The position numbers and the translations under genes are program-made. The notes under the pieces were generated by a model. That model had not been told where the DNA came from. It worked only from the letters and a program-made list of their open reading frames with translations, and searched no databases. From NCBI GenBank assembly GCA_964427405.1, contig CAYRUB010000001.1:16534-80533 (forward strand): a DNA stretch of 64,000 bases. Direction: 5' to 3'. Positions 50,981 to 62,192 of this stretch are shown here, in pieces (position 1 is the stretch's first letter; each line of letters opens with the position of its first letter). This stretch comes from an uncultured Planctomycetales bacterium. Lineage in GTDB: Bacteria; Omnitrophota; Gorgyraeia; Gygaellales; Profunditerraquicolaceae.

Positions 50981-52254
50981 TTCTTGGCTTGTTTGTAAAG
51001 TTCTATGGCTCTTAAGGTATCTACAGCACGCATTATCTGTGGGTCACTTTTATAGTCAAAGGTATCTTGCGAAGATTTATTTTTTTTGTCTCCGGACTCA
51101 ATTATTTTGAATATTTCATCGGGTTTAATGGTTTTTGCCTGTTCTACCTTAGTATCACTGTCTACTTTCGCCTCTACCAGAATATCCGGAGTAACCCCCT
51201 TACCGTGGATTATTTTTCCGGAAGGAGTAAAATAATGGCTGGTAGTCAACCGTAATGCCGAGCCATCCCCCAAGGGAATAACCGTTTGTACTGAACCCTT
51301 GCCAAAAGATTTATTACCAATCAGTATGGCGCGTTTATAATCCTGTAAAACACCGGCTACGATTTCACTTCCCGAAGCTGAACCCTCGTTAATCAAGACT
51401 ACCAGTGGTAAATCCAAAATTACATTCTTACTGTCAGAGAAAAATTCAAAATTCTGCTCCTGTTTCCTGCCTTTAGTATACGCGATCATTTTGTTGGATG
51501 GAATAAACCTGCCGGCTATCTTTACGGCAACATCCAACAAGCCCCCCGGGTTATTGCGCAAGTCCAGGATCAGCGCGTTCATCTTTTGCTTGGACAAAAT
51601 ACTCAAGGCATTATTAAATTCCTTCAAGGTATTCTCGCGAAATTCAGCTAAACGTATATAACCAATACCATCCTCCAGCATACGCGCCTGCTTGATATCT
51701 TTGATTTTTATAATATCTCTGACGATTTTAAAATCCAGAAGCTTTTTTTCGGAATCCCTTAATATGGTTAGATTAACCGCCTCACCAGATTTCCCACGCA
51801 TCTTCTTAACGGCATCGGTAAGGGCCATTTCGCGCGTCAATTCATCATTAATTTTTACGATATGGTCATTTGCTTTTATGCCCGCCTTCCATGCCGGGGT
51901 ATCTTCAATGGGCGTAATTACCGTCAACAACCCGTCTTTAATGGTAATCTCTATACCCAGGCCGCCGAATTTGCCTTCCGTATCTACCTTTAACTCATTA
52001 TATGTTTCCGGATCCATGAATTGGCTATGCGGATCAAGAGAAGCAAGCATGCCTTTCAATGCTCCATAGATTAAATCTTTGGGCTTTGTATCTTCAACAT
52101 ATTCATTATGAATAATCGCCAGGGTATCGGAAAATAACTCAACCTGCCGGTACAAATCGTCATGATTTTTCTTTTTATTAGCAGAAAAGGCCCCACTAAC
52201 TACGGCAAATAAAAGTACGCATAATAAAAGGCCAATCAATATATTCTTACGCAT
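50977..52254 (-). CDS. ctpA: Carboxy-terminal processing protease (S41)
   Basis: 425 aa; PDZ domain; S41 catalytic region (GSASGSEI, ...KGSVQT). Confidence 0.85.
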   Translation of the reverse strand: MRKNILIGLLLCVLLFAVVSGAFSANKKKNHDDLYRQVELFSDTLAIIHNEYVEDTKPKDLIYGALKGMLASLDPHSQFMDPETYNELKVDTEGKFGGLGIEITIKDGLLTVITPIEDTPAWKAGIKANDHIVKINDELTREMALTDAVKKMRGKSGEAVNLTILRDSEKKLLDFKIVRDIIKIKDIKQARMLEDGIGYIRLAEFRENTLKEFNNALSILSKQKMNALILDLRNNPGGLLDVAVKIAGRFIPSNKMIAYTKGRKQEQNFEFFSDSKNVILDLPLVVLINEGSASGSEIVAGVLQDYKRAILIGNKSFGKGSVQTVIPLGDGSALRLTTSHYFTPSGKIIHGKGVTPDILVEAKVDSDTKVEQAKTIKPDEIFKIIESGDKKNKSSQDTFDYKSDPQIMRAVDTLRAIELYKQAKK

Positions 52255-53680
52255 CAGTTAACCTCCGCTTAATTAATTCTCCAACCACTTTAGGGTTAGC
52301 CTTACCGGCGCTCTTCTTCATAACCTGCCCCACTAAAAACATAAGCGCGTTTGTTTTTCCTGCCTTAAAGCTGCTTACGGATTTTTCATTCTCCTGGATG
52401 ACCCCGGAAATAATCTGCTCAAGTTCAGCGGTGTCGGATATCTGCAACATATTATTTTCCTTAATTATCAGAGCTGCCGGTTTTTGAGAATCAATCATCT
52501 GGGGTAAAACAAGTTTAGCAGAAAGATGTGAAATTGACTGATTTTCCACAAAACCAATCAAGTTGATCAATTCGTCTTTATTAATATTTAACTCGTGTAA
52601 ATTCAATTTCCGGCTGTTGGCTTCCGATAACAAAGGGCCAATTAACCAGTTAACCATAATTTTCTTATCCTTTTCAGGATACTTCTGAATACAATCTTCG
52701 GCAAATTGCGCATCTTTTTTAGAACTGACTAAAATTTTAGCGTCATATTCAGATAACCCATAATCCCGCATAAAGCGCTGCATTTTTTCCTGAGGCAACT
52801 CCGGCAATTGAGTCTTTATCCTGGAAACCATCTCCTGATCAATTATAAAGACTGTCAGGTCTGGATCGGGAAAATACCTGTAATCTTTAGCCCCTTCCTT
52901 ACTGCGCATAGAAACAGTTTCACCTTTTTCCGCATCCCAAAGCCGCGTTTCCTGTAACATCGCCTGACCAGCTTCAAGTAATTCAGTCTGGCGGCCCACC
53001 TCAAAAGTTAAAGCATCTTTCACTCCTTTAAAGGAGTTCATATTTTTTAACTCTGTCTTAACCCCTAACTCTTTAACGCCTTCGAGGCGCAAAGAAATAT
53101 TAGCGTCACAACGCAAAGAACCCTTTTCCATATCACAATCAGAGACATCCAGGTAGCCAATAATATTTTTTAAACTGGTCAAATAATCAAAAGCTTCTTG
53201 CGGGCTGAATAAATCCGGCTCACTGACAATTTCAAGCAAAGGAACCCCTGTGCGGTTAAAATCCACCAGGCTTGAGCTGGCCTCATGGATGAGTTTACCT
53301 GCATCTTCCTCTAAATGTACCCGGGTAATCCCAATACGTTTTGTCTTACCTTCACTGACTATATCCAGATAACCATTGCGGGATAATGGCAGATCGAATT
53401 GAGAAATCTGATAATTTTTTGGTAAATCCGGATAAAAATAATTTTTACGGTCGAATTTAGTATGCTCCTGGATCTGGCAGGAAAAAGCCAAGGCCAGCTT
53501 AATTGCGGAATTCAACGCCTCTTTATTGTAAACCGGAAGCGTACCGGGAAAACCCAGGCAAACCGGACAAACACCGGAATTAGGTGTTTTACCAAAATCA
53601 ATAGCGCAACCGCAAAATGCCTTGGTTTTAGTATTTAACTGTAGATGTACCTCTAATCCAATAACTGTCTGATATTTCAT
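52247..53680 (-). CDS. gatB: Asp/Glu-tRNA(Asn/Gln) amidotransferase subunit B
   Basis: 477 aa canonical GatB. Confidence 0.95.
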   Translation of the reverse strand: MKYQTVIGLEVHLQLNTKTKAFCGCAIDFGKTPNSGVCPVCLGFPGTLPVYNKEALNSAIKLALAFSCQIQEHTKFDRKNYFYPDLPKNYQISQFDLPLSRNGYLDIVSEGKTKRIGITRVHLEEDAGKLIHEASSSLVDFNRTGVPLLEIVSEPDLFSPQEAFDYLTSLKNIIGYLDVSDCDMEKGSLRCDANISLRLEGVKELGVKTELKNMNSFKGVKDALTFEVGRQTELLEAGQAMLQETRLWDAEKGETVSMRSKEGAKDYRYFPDPDLTVFIIDQEMVSRIKTQLPELPQEKMQRFMRDYGLSEYDAKILVSSKKDAQFAEDCIQKYPEKDKKIMVNWLIGPLLSEANSRKLNLHELNINKDELINLIGFVENQSISHLSAKLVLPQMIDSQKPAALIIKENNMLQISDTAELEQIISGVIQENEKSVSSFKAGKTNALMFLVGQVMKKSAGKANPKVVGELIKRRLTDA

Positions 53681-55110
53681 AGCCGTGGTTTAATTTTATG
53701 CCAATCTGTATTCTGTTCAAAAGCATGGGCAACCTTAAAAAGCATCTCTTCATTAAATGGTTTAGCCATAATTTGTAATCCTATCGGAAGTCCATTTTTG
53801 GTAAACCCGCAGGGAATAGATATCGCCGGAATTCCCGCTAAATTCACCGATATAGTATATATATCTGAAAGATACATTTTCAAGGGATCGGCCGCCTTCT
53901 CGCCTATTTTAAAGGCAGGAGTAGGTGAAGTAGGCGCAACGATACAATCAAAATCTTTAAACACCGCGTCAAAATCATTTTTTATCAGAGTGCGCACCTT
54001 TAAAGCGCGTAAATAATAAGCATCATAGTAACCATGCGACAAAGCAAAAGTTCCTAAAATTATTCTGCGTTTAGCTTCCTCCCCGAATCCTTCCGCACGG
54101 GTCTTCTTATACATATCAATAAGACTGTCTGATTTAGCGCGGTAACCGTATTGCACCCCGTCAAACCTGGCTAAATTCGAGCTGGCTTCGGCAGTAGCAA
54201 TAATGTAGTAAACCGGAACAGCATATTGCGTATGCGGTAAGGTTACCTGATGTGAAATAGCCCCTAGAGATTTGAGTTTATTTATGGCTTCTTCAATAAC
54301 AGATTTGACCTCTGTATCCATACCATCAATAAAGTACTCTTTAGGTATGCCGATTTTTAAACCTTTAATCTCCTTGCCCAAACTGTCAGTATAATCCGGC
54401 ACATCCTGGTTTACTGAAGTTGAATCATTGGGGTCATAACCCGAGATGATCCGGGTTAATATTGCCGCATCTTCTACGTCCTTGGTTATCGGGCCAATCT
54501 GATCAAGGCTGGAAGCAAAAGCAATTAATCCAAAACGCGAAACACGTCCATAAGTAGGCTTTAACCCTACTACGCCGCAAAAAGACGCGGGCTGGCGTAT
54601 TGAGCCTCCCGTATCCGAACCTAGTGCCCAAATCGCTTCATCACTGGTCACAGCAGCAGCCGAGCCTCCCGAAGAACCACCGGGAACATATTCTAAATTC
54701 CAGGGGTTATGCGTTGCGCCAAAATATGAGTTTTCTGTAGATGAACCAAAGGCAAATTCATCCATATTTGCTTTTAATGGAAAAATACTGCTGCCGGCTG
54801 TTTTTAATTTATTAATAACCGTTGCATCATATGGCGGGCGAAAATTATTAAGAATTTTTGAACAGCATTCCGTATTTAATCCTTCGGTACAAATATTATC
54901 TTTAATGGTTATAGGTAATCCAGCCAGCAGACCATCGGCCTGCGGGTTTAAACTGAGTTTATTGCCGGATTTAAACCTGGCATAAGCCTTAACCTTAGGT
55001 TCAACTGCCTGTATGCGCGCATAAAGCGAATCCAGGATAACCTTAGAGGTAACTTGATGATTCTTAAGCTTATCTAGTAATTCGTGGGCAGTGAGTTGAT
55101 TTAAATCCAT
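53677..55110 (-). CDS. gatA: Glutamyl-tRNA(Gln)/Asp-tRNA(Asn) amidotransferase subunit A
   Basis: 477 aa; amidase signature [11 protein letters not shown]. Confidence 0.95.
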   Translation of the reverse strand: MDLNQLTAHELLDKLKNHQVTSKVILDSLYARIQAVEPKVKAYARFKSGNKLSLNPQADGLLAGLPITIKDNICTEGLNTECCSKILNNFRPPYDATVINKLKTAGSSIFPLKANMDEFAFGSSTENSYFGATHNPWNLEYVPGGSSGGSAAAVTSDEAIWALGSDTGGSIRQPASFCGVVGLKPTYGRVSRFGLIAFASSLDQIGPITKDVEDAAILTRIISGYDPNDSTSVNQDVPDYTDSLGKEIKGLKIGIPKEYFIDGMDTEVKSVIEEAINKLKSLGAISHQVTLPHTQYAVPVYYIIATAEASSNLARFDGVQYGYRAKSDSLIDMYKKTRAEGFGEEAKRRIILGTFALSHGYYDAYYLRALKVRTLIKNDFDAVFKDFDCIVAPTSPTPAFKIGEKAADPLKMYLSDIYTISVNLAGIPAISIPCGFTKNGLPIGLQIMAKPFNEEMLFKVAHAFEQNTDWHKIKPRL

Positions 55111-55112
55111 AG

Positions 55113-55400
55113 TTATTCTATTATTTTTGGGACACTGAAGAAATTCCCATTTCTGCTTGGGGCATTTTCAAGAGCCTTATCCGGGGTTAAACAAACACGC
55201 GGCTCATCCTCCCGCAAAACATTACTTACAGGTAAGATATGGCTAGTAGGTTTAACAAGCCCTACATCCAGAACACTTAGCTTATCGATAAAACCCATTA
55301 TATCATGCAATTGCTGGGATAGTTTCTCTAACTCTTCAGGTTGTAGTTCGATACGCGCTAAATGCGCAACATATTTAACTGTTTCTTTATCTATTGCCAT
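55113..55400 (-). CDS. gatC: Amidotransferase subunit C
   Basis: About 95 aa from [19 protein letters not shown]; the track ORF extends 11 codons upstream. Confidence 0.85.
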   Translation of the reverse strand: MAIDKETVKYVAHLARIELQPEELEKLSQQLHDIMGFIDKLSVLDVGLVKPTSHILPVSNVLREDEPRVCLTPDKALENAPSRNGNFFSVPKIIE

Positions 55401-55472
55401 ATTCCTCCTCGTATTAAGGAAATATATTAACATCCTTTATCTCAAAAGTCAATGAGCACTTGCCCTTTTAAG

Positions 55473-55500
55473 TTGACAAAGCAAATAAAACCTGTAAAAT
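55473..55500 (+). promoter_or_regulatory. Sigma-70-type promoter for the 1066-aa gene (-35 TTGACA, 16-nt spacer, -10 TAAAAT with upstream TG)
   Basis: TTGACA at 55473-55478 and TAAAAT at 55495-55500, 25 nt upstream of the ATG at 55525. Confidence 0.5.
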
Positions 55501-55524
55501 ATTACTAATTAACTTTTACTCTAA

Positions 55525-58500
55525 ATGAATAAAAATACCTCTAAATTAAAATCAAAATATTATTTAAACAAACAAGGCCAGTTCGTTATTGAAAACTATA
55601 ACTACTCCAAGCCTTTTGCCAATTTCTTCCCGGGGATTGCCGGAAAATACGGTATTCCTATGTGGGTTTTCTACGTTAACCGCGGACAATGCATTTCCAG
55701 TTTTGGAATTAAAGATAAGGACCAGGCTATCCTGGAGTTCTTCCCGGCAAATAAATCCTGGCAGTTCGTTTCTTCCCAGGGGTTCCGCACCTTTATTAAA
55801 ATCAAAACCGCAAAGGGGCCGCTTTACTATGAGCCTTTCCATAATGGTTATGTGAACCTGAAATACCAAATAACCAATTCTATGCGCATAGGCTCAAGCC
55901 AGCTTATCATAGAGGAAGAGAATCGCAGTTTGGGGATCAGGACCCGCGTAGAGTATTTTAACATACCTAATGACGCTTATGCAGGCTTAAGCCGTATAGT
56001 AAGCGTTGAGAATACCGGAAACAAACATAAATCCATACAGCTTATTGATGGATTACCACAAGTCGTCCCTTTCGGCACACATAATTTCTTTTTAAAAAAA
56101 CTCGGCCGGACTATTGAAGCCTGGATGAATATTGATAACTTAGAGAATGATATCCCCTTTTATAAACTTGAGGTTGACCCTGCTGATCGTCCCGAAGTGG
56201 TACACATTGATGGAGGGAATTTTTACCTGGGGTTTCATTTCAAGGGCAGCAAAGCAGAACTCATCCGGCCCATTGTTGACCCCGAAGCTGTTTTTGGCGC
56301 AGTAACTGATTTCTCTTACCCCGCACAATTCCTGGCTAACTCCAAATTTTTATATCCCGTAAAACAAATGACTAAAAGCAAGACTCCCAGCGCACTGCTT
56401 TTAATGGACCTGGAATTAAAACCAAGGGAACAAAAAACATTTTATTCAGTAATCGGCCAGGCGCGCAATGTTAAAACCTTAAATACTTCAGTGCCTAAAA
56501 TTACCAGGTATGGCTACATAGAGAAAAAACTGGATGAAAATCTTGAGCTTATCCGCAGGCTAAAAGACGGCATTTTAACTAACAGCAGTTCCAACGAATT
56601 CAATTTATACGCCGGACAAACTTATTTGGATAATATTATGCGGGGAGGATATCCTGAGATTTTTAAATCCGGGTTGGTATTTTATCTTTATTCGCGCAAA
56701 CATGGTGATTTGGAAAGAGATTACAATAAGTTTCAGTTACAGCCGACCTATCTTTCCCAGGGTAACGGCAACTACAGGGATATAAATCAGAACCGGCGTA
56801 ATGATTGCTGGTTTAATCCTGAGGTAAAAGATGAAAATGTAATCTTTTTTATGAACTTGCTTCAGGTTGACGGCTTTAACCCTCTGGTAGTAAAACCTGA
56901 TAGTTTCCTGCTTAAAGAAAACCTTGATTTATATAAACTGCTTGAGGCAATAACCGATAAAAACGATATTAATAAGCTCGACCTTTACTTAAAAAAACCA
57001 TTTACCCCGGGAGAGTTAATCTTCTTCATTGAGGAAAACAAGATAAAGCTCAATATTTCCTATGATAATTTTCTGGATATGATCCTCTCCTCTGCCTTAA
57101 AAACACAAGAAGCAGAGCACGGAGAGGGATTCTGGACTGACCACTGGACTTATAATTTAGACTTGATTGATAGCTACCTGGGAATTTACCCGGAGAAGTT
57201 TAACGAATTATTTTTTGAGAAAAAAGTTTTCTCTTTTTACGATAACGCTGAGTTAGTCAGGCCGCGCAGTGAAAGATACATGCTCTATAACGGCAAGCCC
57301 CGGCAATTGCACTGCCTTATGCTTGATAGCGCAAAGAAAGAAATGTTGCGTAAACGCACAAATAACCCGCACACCTTAAGAACACAGCACGGCATCGGAG
57401 AAATTTACTATACTACGCTTATTGCCAAGCTTTTATGTCTTGCGGCTAATAAACTGGCTTCCCTGGATCCTTTTGGCATTGGGATTGAAATGGAAGCCGG
57501 TAAACCGAATTGGTTTGATTCTCTCAACGGCCTACCTGCGCTCTTTGGTTCATCGACCTGCGAAACCTTTGAGCTTAAACGCCTGCTCGGAATGATAAAA
57601 CTGGCTTTAGAGAAATCACAAGCTAATGAGATTGAACTTGCTGAAGAAATCGCTAAATTTATTCAACAACTCTCTATTATCTTTCCTGAAGAAAGCTTTT
57701 CCTACTGGGACAAAAGCAATACATTAAAAGAAGATTACCGCATGAATAGCCGCTTTGGTTTCTCCGGTATTTCAGTATATATGCAAACCAAAGAATTAAT
57801 CTCTTTCATAAATACTGCCTTAGGAAAGGTTGAAGCTGGTATAGGCAAAGCCTTTAATAAAACACAAGGCACTTACAATTCATATTTTATTAACGAAGTC
57901 GTTGAATTTGATCTGATTAAAGATCACTACATAAAACCTAAGAAATTTGCGCAAAAGCCTGCCCCATTATTCCTGGAGGGACAAATGCATGCGCTGAGAT
58001 TATCCCAAGATACTAAGCAAGCTTTTGATATTTATAAAGCAACCAGGAAAAGCGCGCTTTTTGATAAGAAATTACGCATGTATAAGGTAACTGCCCCGCT
58101 TGATAGTATGCCGGAAGAAATCGGCAGGTGCCGGATATTTACCCCTGGGTGGCTGGAAAATGAATCCATCTGGCTACATATGGAATATAAATACATGCTG
58201 GAGCTGCTTAAAACCGGCCTGATTAAAGAATTTTATTCGGAATTTAAAAACGTGCTTATTCCTTTCCAGGATCCTCAAAAATATGGCCGCAGTATTTTAG
58301 AAAACTCATCTTTTCTGGTAAGCAGCGCTTTCCCGGATAAGAACTTGCACGGCAATGGCTTTGTGGCCAGGCTTTCAGGCTCAACCGCAGAATTCCTGCA
58401 AATCTGGTTGATTATGAATGCCGGCACCAACCCATTTTATTTGGATAACAACAGGCAGCTTAATTTAACCTTTAAACCATATTTGCCGGGTTGGTTATTT

Positions 58501-58725
58501 AACCGAAAAGGAGAATATTCCTTTAATTTCTTAAGCTCAATCCAGATAACTTACCATAACCCCAAAAGAAAAGATACCTTTGGGAAAAACAACGCAAAGG
58601 TATCTAAAATAACTCTTTTTGAAAACGGTAACCCCATAGAGTTTAATTCCGCAACTATCCCTTCAGTCTTCGCTCAGAAAATAAGGTCTCGTCAGATTAA
58701 TAAAATCGATATTTATCTAGAATAA
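55525..58725 (+). CDS. Large uncharacterised protein (1066 aa), possibly a glycoside hydrolase/phosphorylase-like (alpha/alpha)6-barrel enzyme (GH94/GH65-like) - a weak call
   Basis: Long intact ORF with no signal peptide. The N-terminal region resembles the beta-sandwich start of GH94-type phosphorylases. A GNGNYRDINQN segment is reminiscent of the GDWND catalytic region. No confident family assignment was possible by eye. Confidence 0.45.
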   Translation: MNKNTSKLKSKYYLNKQGQFVIENYNYSKPFANFFPGIAGKYGIPMWVFYVNRGQCISSFGIKDKDQAILEFFPANKSWQFVSSQGFRTFIKIKTAKGPLYYEPFHNGYVNLKYQITNSMRIGSSQLIIEEENRSLGIRTRVEYFNIPNDAYAGLSRIVSVENTGNKHKSIQLIDGLPQVVPFGTHNFFLKKLGRTIEAWMNIDNLENDIPFYKLEVDPADRPEVVHIDGGNFYLGFHFKGSKAELIRPIVDPEAVFGAVTDFSYPAQFLANSKFLYPVKQMTKSKTPSALLLMDLELKPREQKTFYSVIGQARNVKTLNTSVPKITRYGYIEKKLDENLELIRRLKDGILTNSSSNEFNLYAGQTYLDNIMRGGYPEIFKSGLVFYLYSRKHGDLERDYNKFQLQPTYLSQGNGNYRDINQNRRNDCWFNPEVKDENVIFFMNLLQVDGFNPLVVKPDSFLLKENLDLYKLLEAITDKNDINKLDLYLKKPFTPGELIFFIEENKIKLNISYDNFLDMILSSALKTQEAEHGEGFWTDHWTYNLDLIDSYLGIYPEKFNELFFEKKVFSFYDNAELVRPRSERYMLYNGKPRQLHCLMLDSAKKEMLRKRTNNPHTLRTQHGIGEIYYTTLIAKLLCLAANKLASLDPFGIGIEMEAGKPNWFDSLNGLPALFGSSTCETFELKRLLGMIKLALEKSQANEIELAEEIAKFIQQLSIIFPEESFSYWDKSNTLKEDYRMNSRFGFSGISVYMQTKELISFINTALGKVEAGIGKAFNKTQGTYNSYFINEVVEFDLIKDHYIKPKKFAQKPAPLFLEGQMHALRLSQDTKQAFDIYKATRKSALFDKKLRMYKVTAPLDSMPEEIGRCRIFTPGWLENESIWLHMEYKYMLELLKTGLIKEFYSEFKNVLIPFQDPQKYGRSILENSSFLVSSAFPDKNLHGNGFVARLSGSTAEFLQIWLIMNAGTNPFYLDNNRQLNLTFKPYLPGWLFNRKGEYSFNFLSSIQITYHNPKRKDTFGKNNAKVSKITLFENGNPIEFNSATIPSVFAQKIRSRQINKIDIYLE

Positions 58726-58726
58726 G

Positions 58727-61597
58727 TTAAAATTTGCGGCGGTAATAAGCGCGGATAATATGCTGAGTATCCAAGGTGAGCATGCTGCCACCATACGGAT
58801 CCAGAGAAGACATGTTACCAAGAGAACTGGTATCTCCTACCCCATACTGCAGACTAAATTCATCGTCTTTTGATGGCATATACCTAAACTCACTGAAAAA
58901 ATTATGATGCCCTACAACACCATCCGTAAGAACGTAATCCGTACCATTATAAACAATATCTTTACACCGGGAGTAAATATATTTAAATGACATGCCAATT
59001 TTTTCAGTAGGCATATAGGTAACTTCCATCCCCATATGGTTCATATTGTCGTTAATTAAGGAAGCGGTTTCATATTCATTACGCGTATAATCAAGATAAA
59101 TTTCCATATTTTTCATCGGGGTAATCCGCAAACCCGTCTTAAAAACATTGTAAAAATCATAGGGAGCCTGAGGAAAGATCCCTTGCCCATAAAGAAACGG
59201 CGCAACACTGCTATAATAATTACCATTCTGATAATAACGCCCGTATAAAGATGTATCATCCCTTAAGATATTCTGGGGGAAATTACCATAAGCTAATGTA
59301 TAATCATTTGTGCGTTCATATACGCCGTTTAAACTTAACCAATCAAAGAAATCATAATTTAAACCTAATGAACCGGTTTTAATCGAAGGATCTTCCCCGT
59401 CAGGAACAGCGGCATTTGCAAGAAATTCCCCTGTTGAGCCGTCATAGATATACGGGTCAATCCCGCCTACGGTTTTAGGCATCTTCTGATAAATACCAAG
59501 AACCTTAGCGGTTAATTTATCCGTTACCTTTACCGTCGCCTCATCGCGCACCACATTCTCGGTGAATTTACCGTTAACATTATGCACATTACGCATGTCA
59601 AAAAGGTTGTAGAATCTGTCTTCCAGGAAAGTTTCAATGCGAAAACCTAAAGTATTCCTGCCCACATCAATACCATCGCCGATACGCGTGGAATTAAGCT
59701 CATCCCAATTGGTATTAGATCCTTTTAAACCTTGAGAGTAATAATCCATGGGCTTACGGAAATGTATATGCCTTGACCAAAAAACATCCTGGCGGCTGTT
59801 ATGAAAATCAGAAAGAGCTGAATCAAAACCCTTATCCATACGGCTGGCATAAAACTTACTCTTAACCAGGAATGTTTCATCTTTAGCCAGCGCTATTTCA
59901 TCATAACCATACTTTAAATCCATAATGCTTTGCTGCGGATAACGCGTAATAAAAGAAAAATAATACGCATTCCCGCGGGATTCGGTCTCGTAAGTCGAAT
60001 TAGTCATATCGTAATTAGACTTAGAGGTAAGGATCTCTGCCTGGGCCTTTAAGCCATCCGCGATTTCATAGCCTAAATCAATGCCTCCTACAAAATTCTG
60101 ACTATCCAGTTTTTGCGGATCGGTTTTATACCCTAAACGGGAGGTAAAGGTACCTCCAAGCATAAAATTATCCGCAAATTTATGTTTTAGGCGACTGGCA
60201 GTAATTAAATTATCTGCTACATCGTAATCCTGCCAAAGAGTCTTAGGCGTAGCTACGGTAGTATCGAAGGTTGTAGATTCCTGCGGCTGTAAACTGAAGG
60301 AAAAACCGCGCAAAGCGGTAAGGTATCTTCCAGTGCTGTCCTTCGAAATAAATGAAAGCGAATCATCCCAATAGCCCTTCGTAAAGGTAGCCGGATTTGA
60401 AAAATCTCCGGCATGATATACTCCCGAAGTATAGGAACGCAACCACTTACTATCCTTCCACCATATTCCGTGGTTACTTATATTTAGCGGATCATCAGAA
60501 GTATAAGCCTGGTCCTGATAAGCCATTGGGAAGGCGCGAAACTTAACCGTATCATTAGTATAATCCAGCCATAACTCGCGGATCGGCTGGAACTGCATAT
60601 CAATATCGGATTCCGGAATACTGTATCCTGAAACGGTAGTGGCAGCCACCTTACCTTTTACAACTTTTAACTCCGGGAGGTTCAGCGCAGCGCCATAAAT
60701 ACCGCTGTAATAAGTATGGTTTAAAGTATAGCCTGTATTTGACCAATACAATAACTGGATATCCGCAGTATCCGCACCATCGCCTACAGTCATCTTGCTA
60801 CTTTTACCAGTAAAGCTCCAGGGATCTACGGTAATATTCGCATGGAAGTTAAATCCTTTTTCATTTTCAGTATCTAAATTAATGCTCAGTGAATCATATA
60901 TAGCGGGATCGTAAGTATTAAAGCCTCGATTATAGGCGGAGGTCGACAACATACGCCAGCTAAAGAATTTTTCATTTAAATCAAAGTTAGCCCGCTTCCA
61001 AATAAAATCATTAGAAGTAACTCCGAAGCTAACCTGCATTTCCCCGCTTATTCTTAATGGCCCAGCCTTTATGCCTTTTTTCTCATCTTTTTTCTTTACG
61101 CTTTTATCCGAAGAATCTTTAGCAGTGTAAGCAGGAATCCAGGTTGCCTCCTCCGCGCTCTTTGAATTATTGAGCGCCTGTTCCATAGCCTCTTCTTTTG
61201 ATAATACAGGTTTCTCGGCTTTTGATAATACAGGTTTCTCTACTTGTGCAACCAATGGTGCTTCTTGCGCTTTCTGCGCTATGTGCTCCTGCGCCAATAT
61301 CACGGGTTTCAGGGGAGGCAAAGATTTAGCTATTACAGGATCATCTTTATAGCCCAAATCCCCGTTAAATATTTTATTGATATAATCTTTGGCTTGCTGA
61401 TTATTGGGATCAATTAAGAGAACCTTAGTAAATTCCGAAAGGGCATCGTCAAGCTTACCTTGGATATAAAAAGTCTTTCCCAGCTCGCAAAGATAATCTA
61501 CTTCCAGATTTTGGCTAAAGGCAGGAGTGGCGCTTAAAAAAATAAGCGCTAAAAAAACTAGCGCCATAGTTTTATATATATAAGTTTGCTTACTCAT
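58727..61597 (-). CDS. Large outer-membrane protein: signal peptide, N-terminal TPR, Pro/Lys-rich repeat linker, and a big beta-rich (putative beta-barrel) domain ending in a C-terminal Phe
   Basis: 956 aa; signal peptide ...ATPAFSQ; TPR-like N-terminus; Tyr/Gly/Asp/Asn-rich alternating segments; C-terminus ...YYRRKF, consistent with the beta-barrel assembly signal. Confidence 0.55.
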   Translation of the reverse strand: MSKQTYIYKTMALVFLALIFLSATPAFSQNLEVDYLCELGKTFYIQGKLDDALSEFTKVLLIDPNNQQAKDYINKIFNGDLGYKDDPVIAKSLPPLKPVILAQEHIAQKAQEAPLVAQVEKPVLSKAEKPVLSKEEAMEQALNNSKSAEEATWIPAYTAKDSSDKSVKKKDEKKGIKAGPLRISGEMQVSFGVTSNDFIWKRANFDLNEKFFSWRMLSTSAYNRGFNTYDPAIYDSLSINLDTENEKGFNFHANITVDPWSFTGKSSKMTVGDGADTADIQLLYWSNTGYTLNHTYYSGIYGAALNLPELKVVKGKVAATTVSGYSIPESDIDMQFQPIRELWLDYTNDTVKFRAFPMAYQDQAYTSDDPLNISNHGIWWKDSKWLRSYTSGVYHAGDFSNPATFTKGYWDDSLSFISKDSTGRYLTALRGFSFSLQPQESTTFDTTVATPKTLWQDYDVADNLITASRLKHKFADNFMLGGTFTSRLGYKTDPQKLDSQNFVGGIDLGYEIADGLKAQAEILTSKSNYDMTNSTYETESRGNAYYFSFITRYPQQSIMDLKYGYDEIALAKDETFLVKSKFYASRMDKGFDSALSDFHNSRQDVFWSRHIHFRKPMDYYSQGLKGSNTNWDELNSTRIGDGIDVGRNTLGFRIETFLEDRFYNLFDMRNVHNVNGKFTENVVRDEATVKVTDKLTAKVLGIYQKMPKTVGGIDPYIYDGSTGEFLANAAVPDGEDPSIKTGSLGLNYDFFDWLSLNGVYERTNDYTLAYGNFPQNILRDDTSLYGRYYQNGNYYSSVAPFLYGQGIFPQAPYDFYNVFKTGLRITPMKNMEIYLDYTRNEYETASLINDNMNHMGMEVTYMPTEKIGMSFKYIYSRCKDIVYNGTDYVLTDGVVGHHNFFSEFRYMPSKDDEFSLQYGVGDTSSLGNMSSLDPYGGSMLTLDTQHIIRAYYRRKF
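61189..61236. repeat. Perfect 24-bp tandem duplication inside the OMP gene (encodes EKPVLSKA/EKPVLSKE)
   Basis: CTTTTGATAATACAGGTTTCTC(G/T)G appears twice in tandem. Confidence 0.8.
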
Positions 61598-61689
61598 AGT
61601 TGTTAATATTATATATAAAACTATAATTATGTCAATAAAAAAACCAGGCGATATAGCTACCTGGCTAGAAATTGAATACTAGGTATAAA

Positions 61690-62028
61690 TTAACCGACCT
61701 GTTCGCTTAATTTCTCATTAGCGGTAAGCTGGATACTTAGGGTATGCACAAAGACAACAAGAAAAAATTTGCCTTTATTTACCGCCAGTAAACTGCCCTT
61801 GATCTTACAGAAGAAATGTTCCCGTTTTTGCCTGGTATTTCTTTCTTTTAAAACATATAAATACGGGGTCGGTTTTACGACGTCGGCTTTTTCAACCTGC
61901 TTTATCATGCAGGCAAAATGCCGGCGAACCACACTGTGCACGCCCTCCTTATCCGTTATCTCGGAGCTGGCGATTACCCTGCGGCTTCTATCGGCGGATG
62001 TCAAATTCTTATACAGTAGATCACGCAT
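61690..62028 (-). CDS. Hypothetical small basic protein (112 aa); weak coding call
   Basis: It is the only ORF of 100 aa or more in a 600-bp gap between the OMP gene and plsY. It has no motif I recognise, and the SD context is unclear. Confidence 0.3.
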   Translation of the reverse strand: MRDLLYKNLTSADRSRRVIASSEITDKEGVHSVVRRHFACMIKQVEKADVVKPTPYLYVLKERNTRQKREHFFCKIKGSLLAVNKGKFFLVVFVHTLSIQLTANEKLSEQVG

Positions 62029-62192
62029 ATTTACCTTAAACTAGCTGGATTGCCAATCGGCAACCCAGCTCTCCTCCTTTAGCTAGTGGGGATGATAGTT
62101 TTATTCACTATAATTATGCAATCAAAAAAAGGCCATTTCAATAGGAAAAGGCCTTAAAAAGAAAGCGCTTACTTTAATTGTCGACGGAAAAA

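Noticed and set aside
61690-62028. Possible RnpA (RNase P protein) identity for the 112-aa ORF
   Set aside because: The size and basic composition are suggestive, but the RNR box (RNRxKR) is absent and the usual rpmH/yidC context is missing, so I left it as hypothetical.
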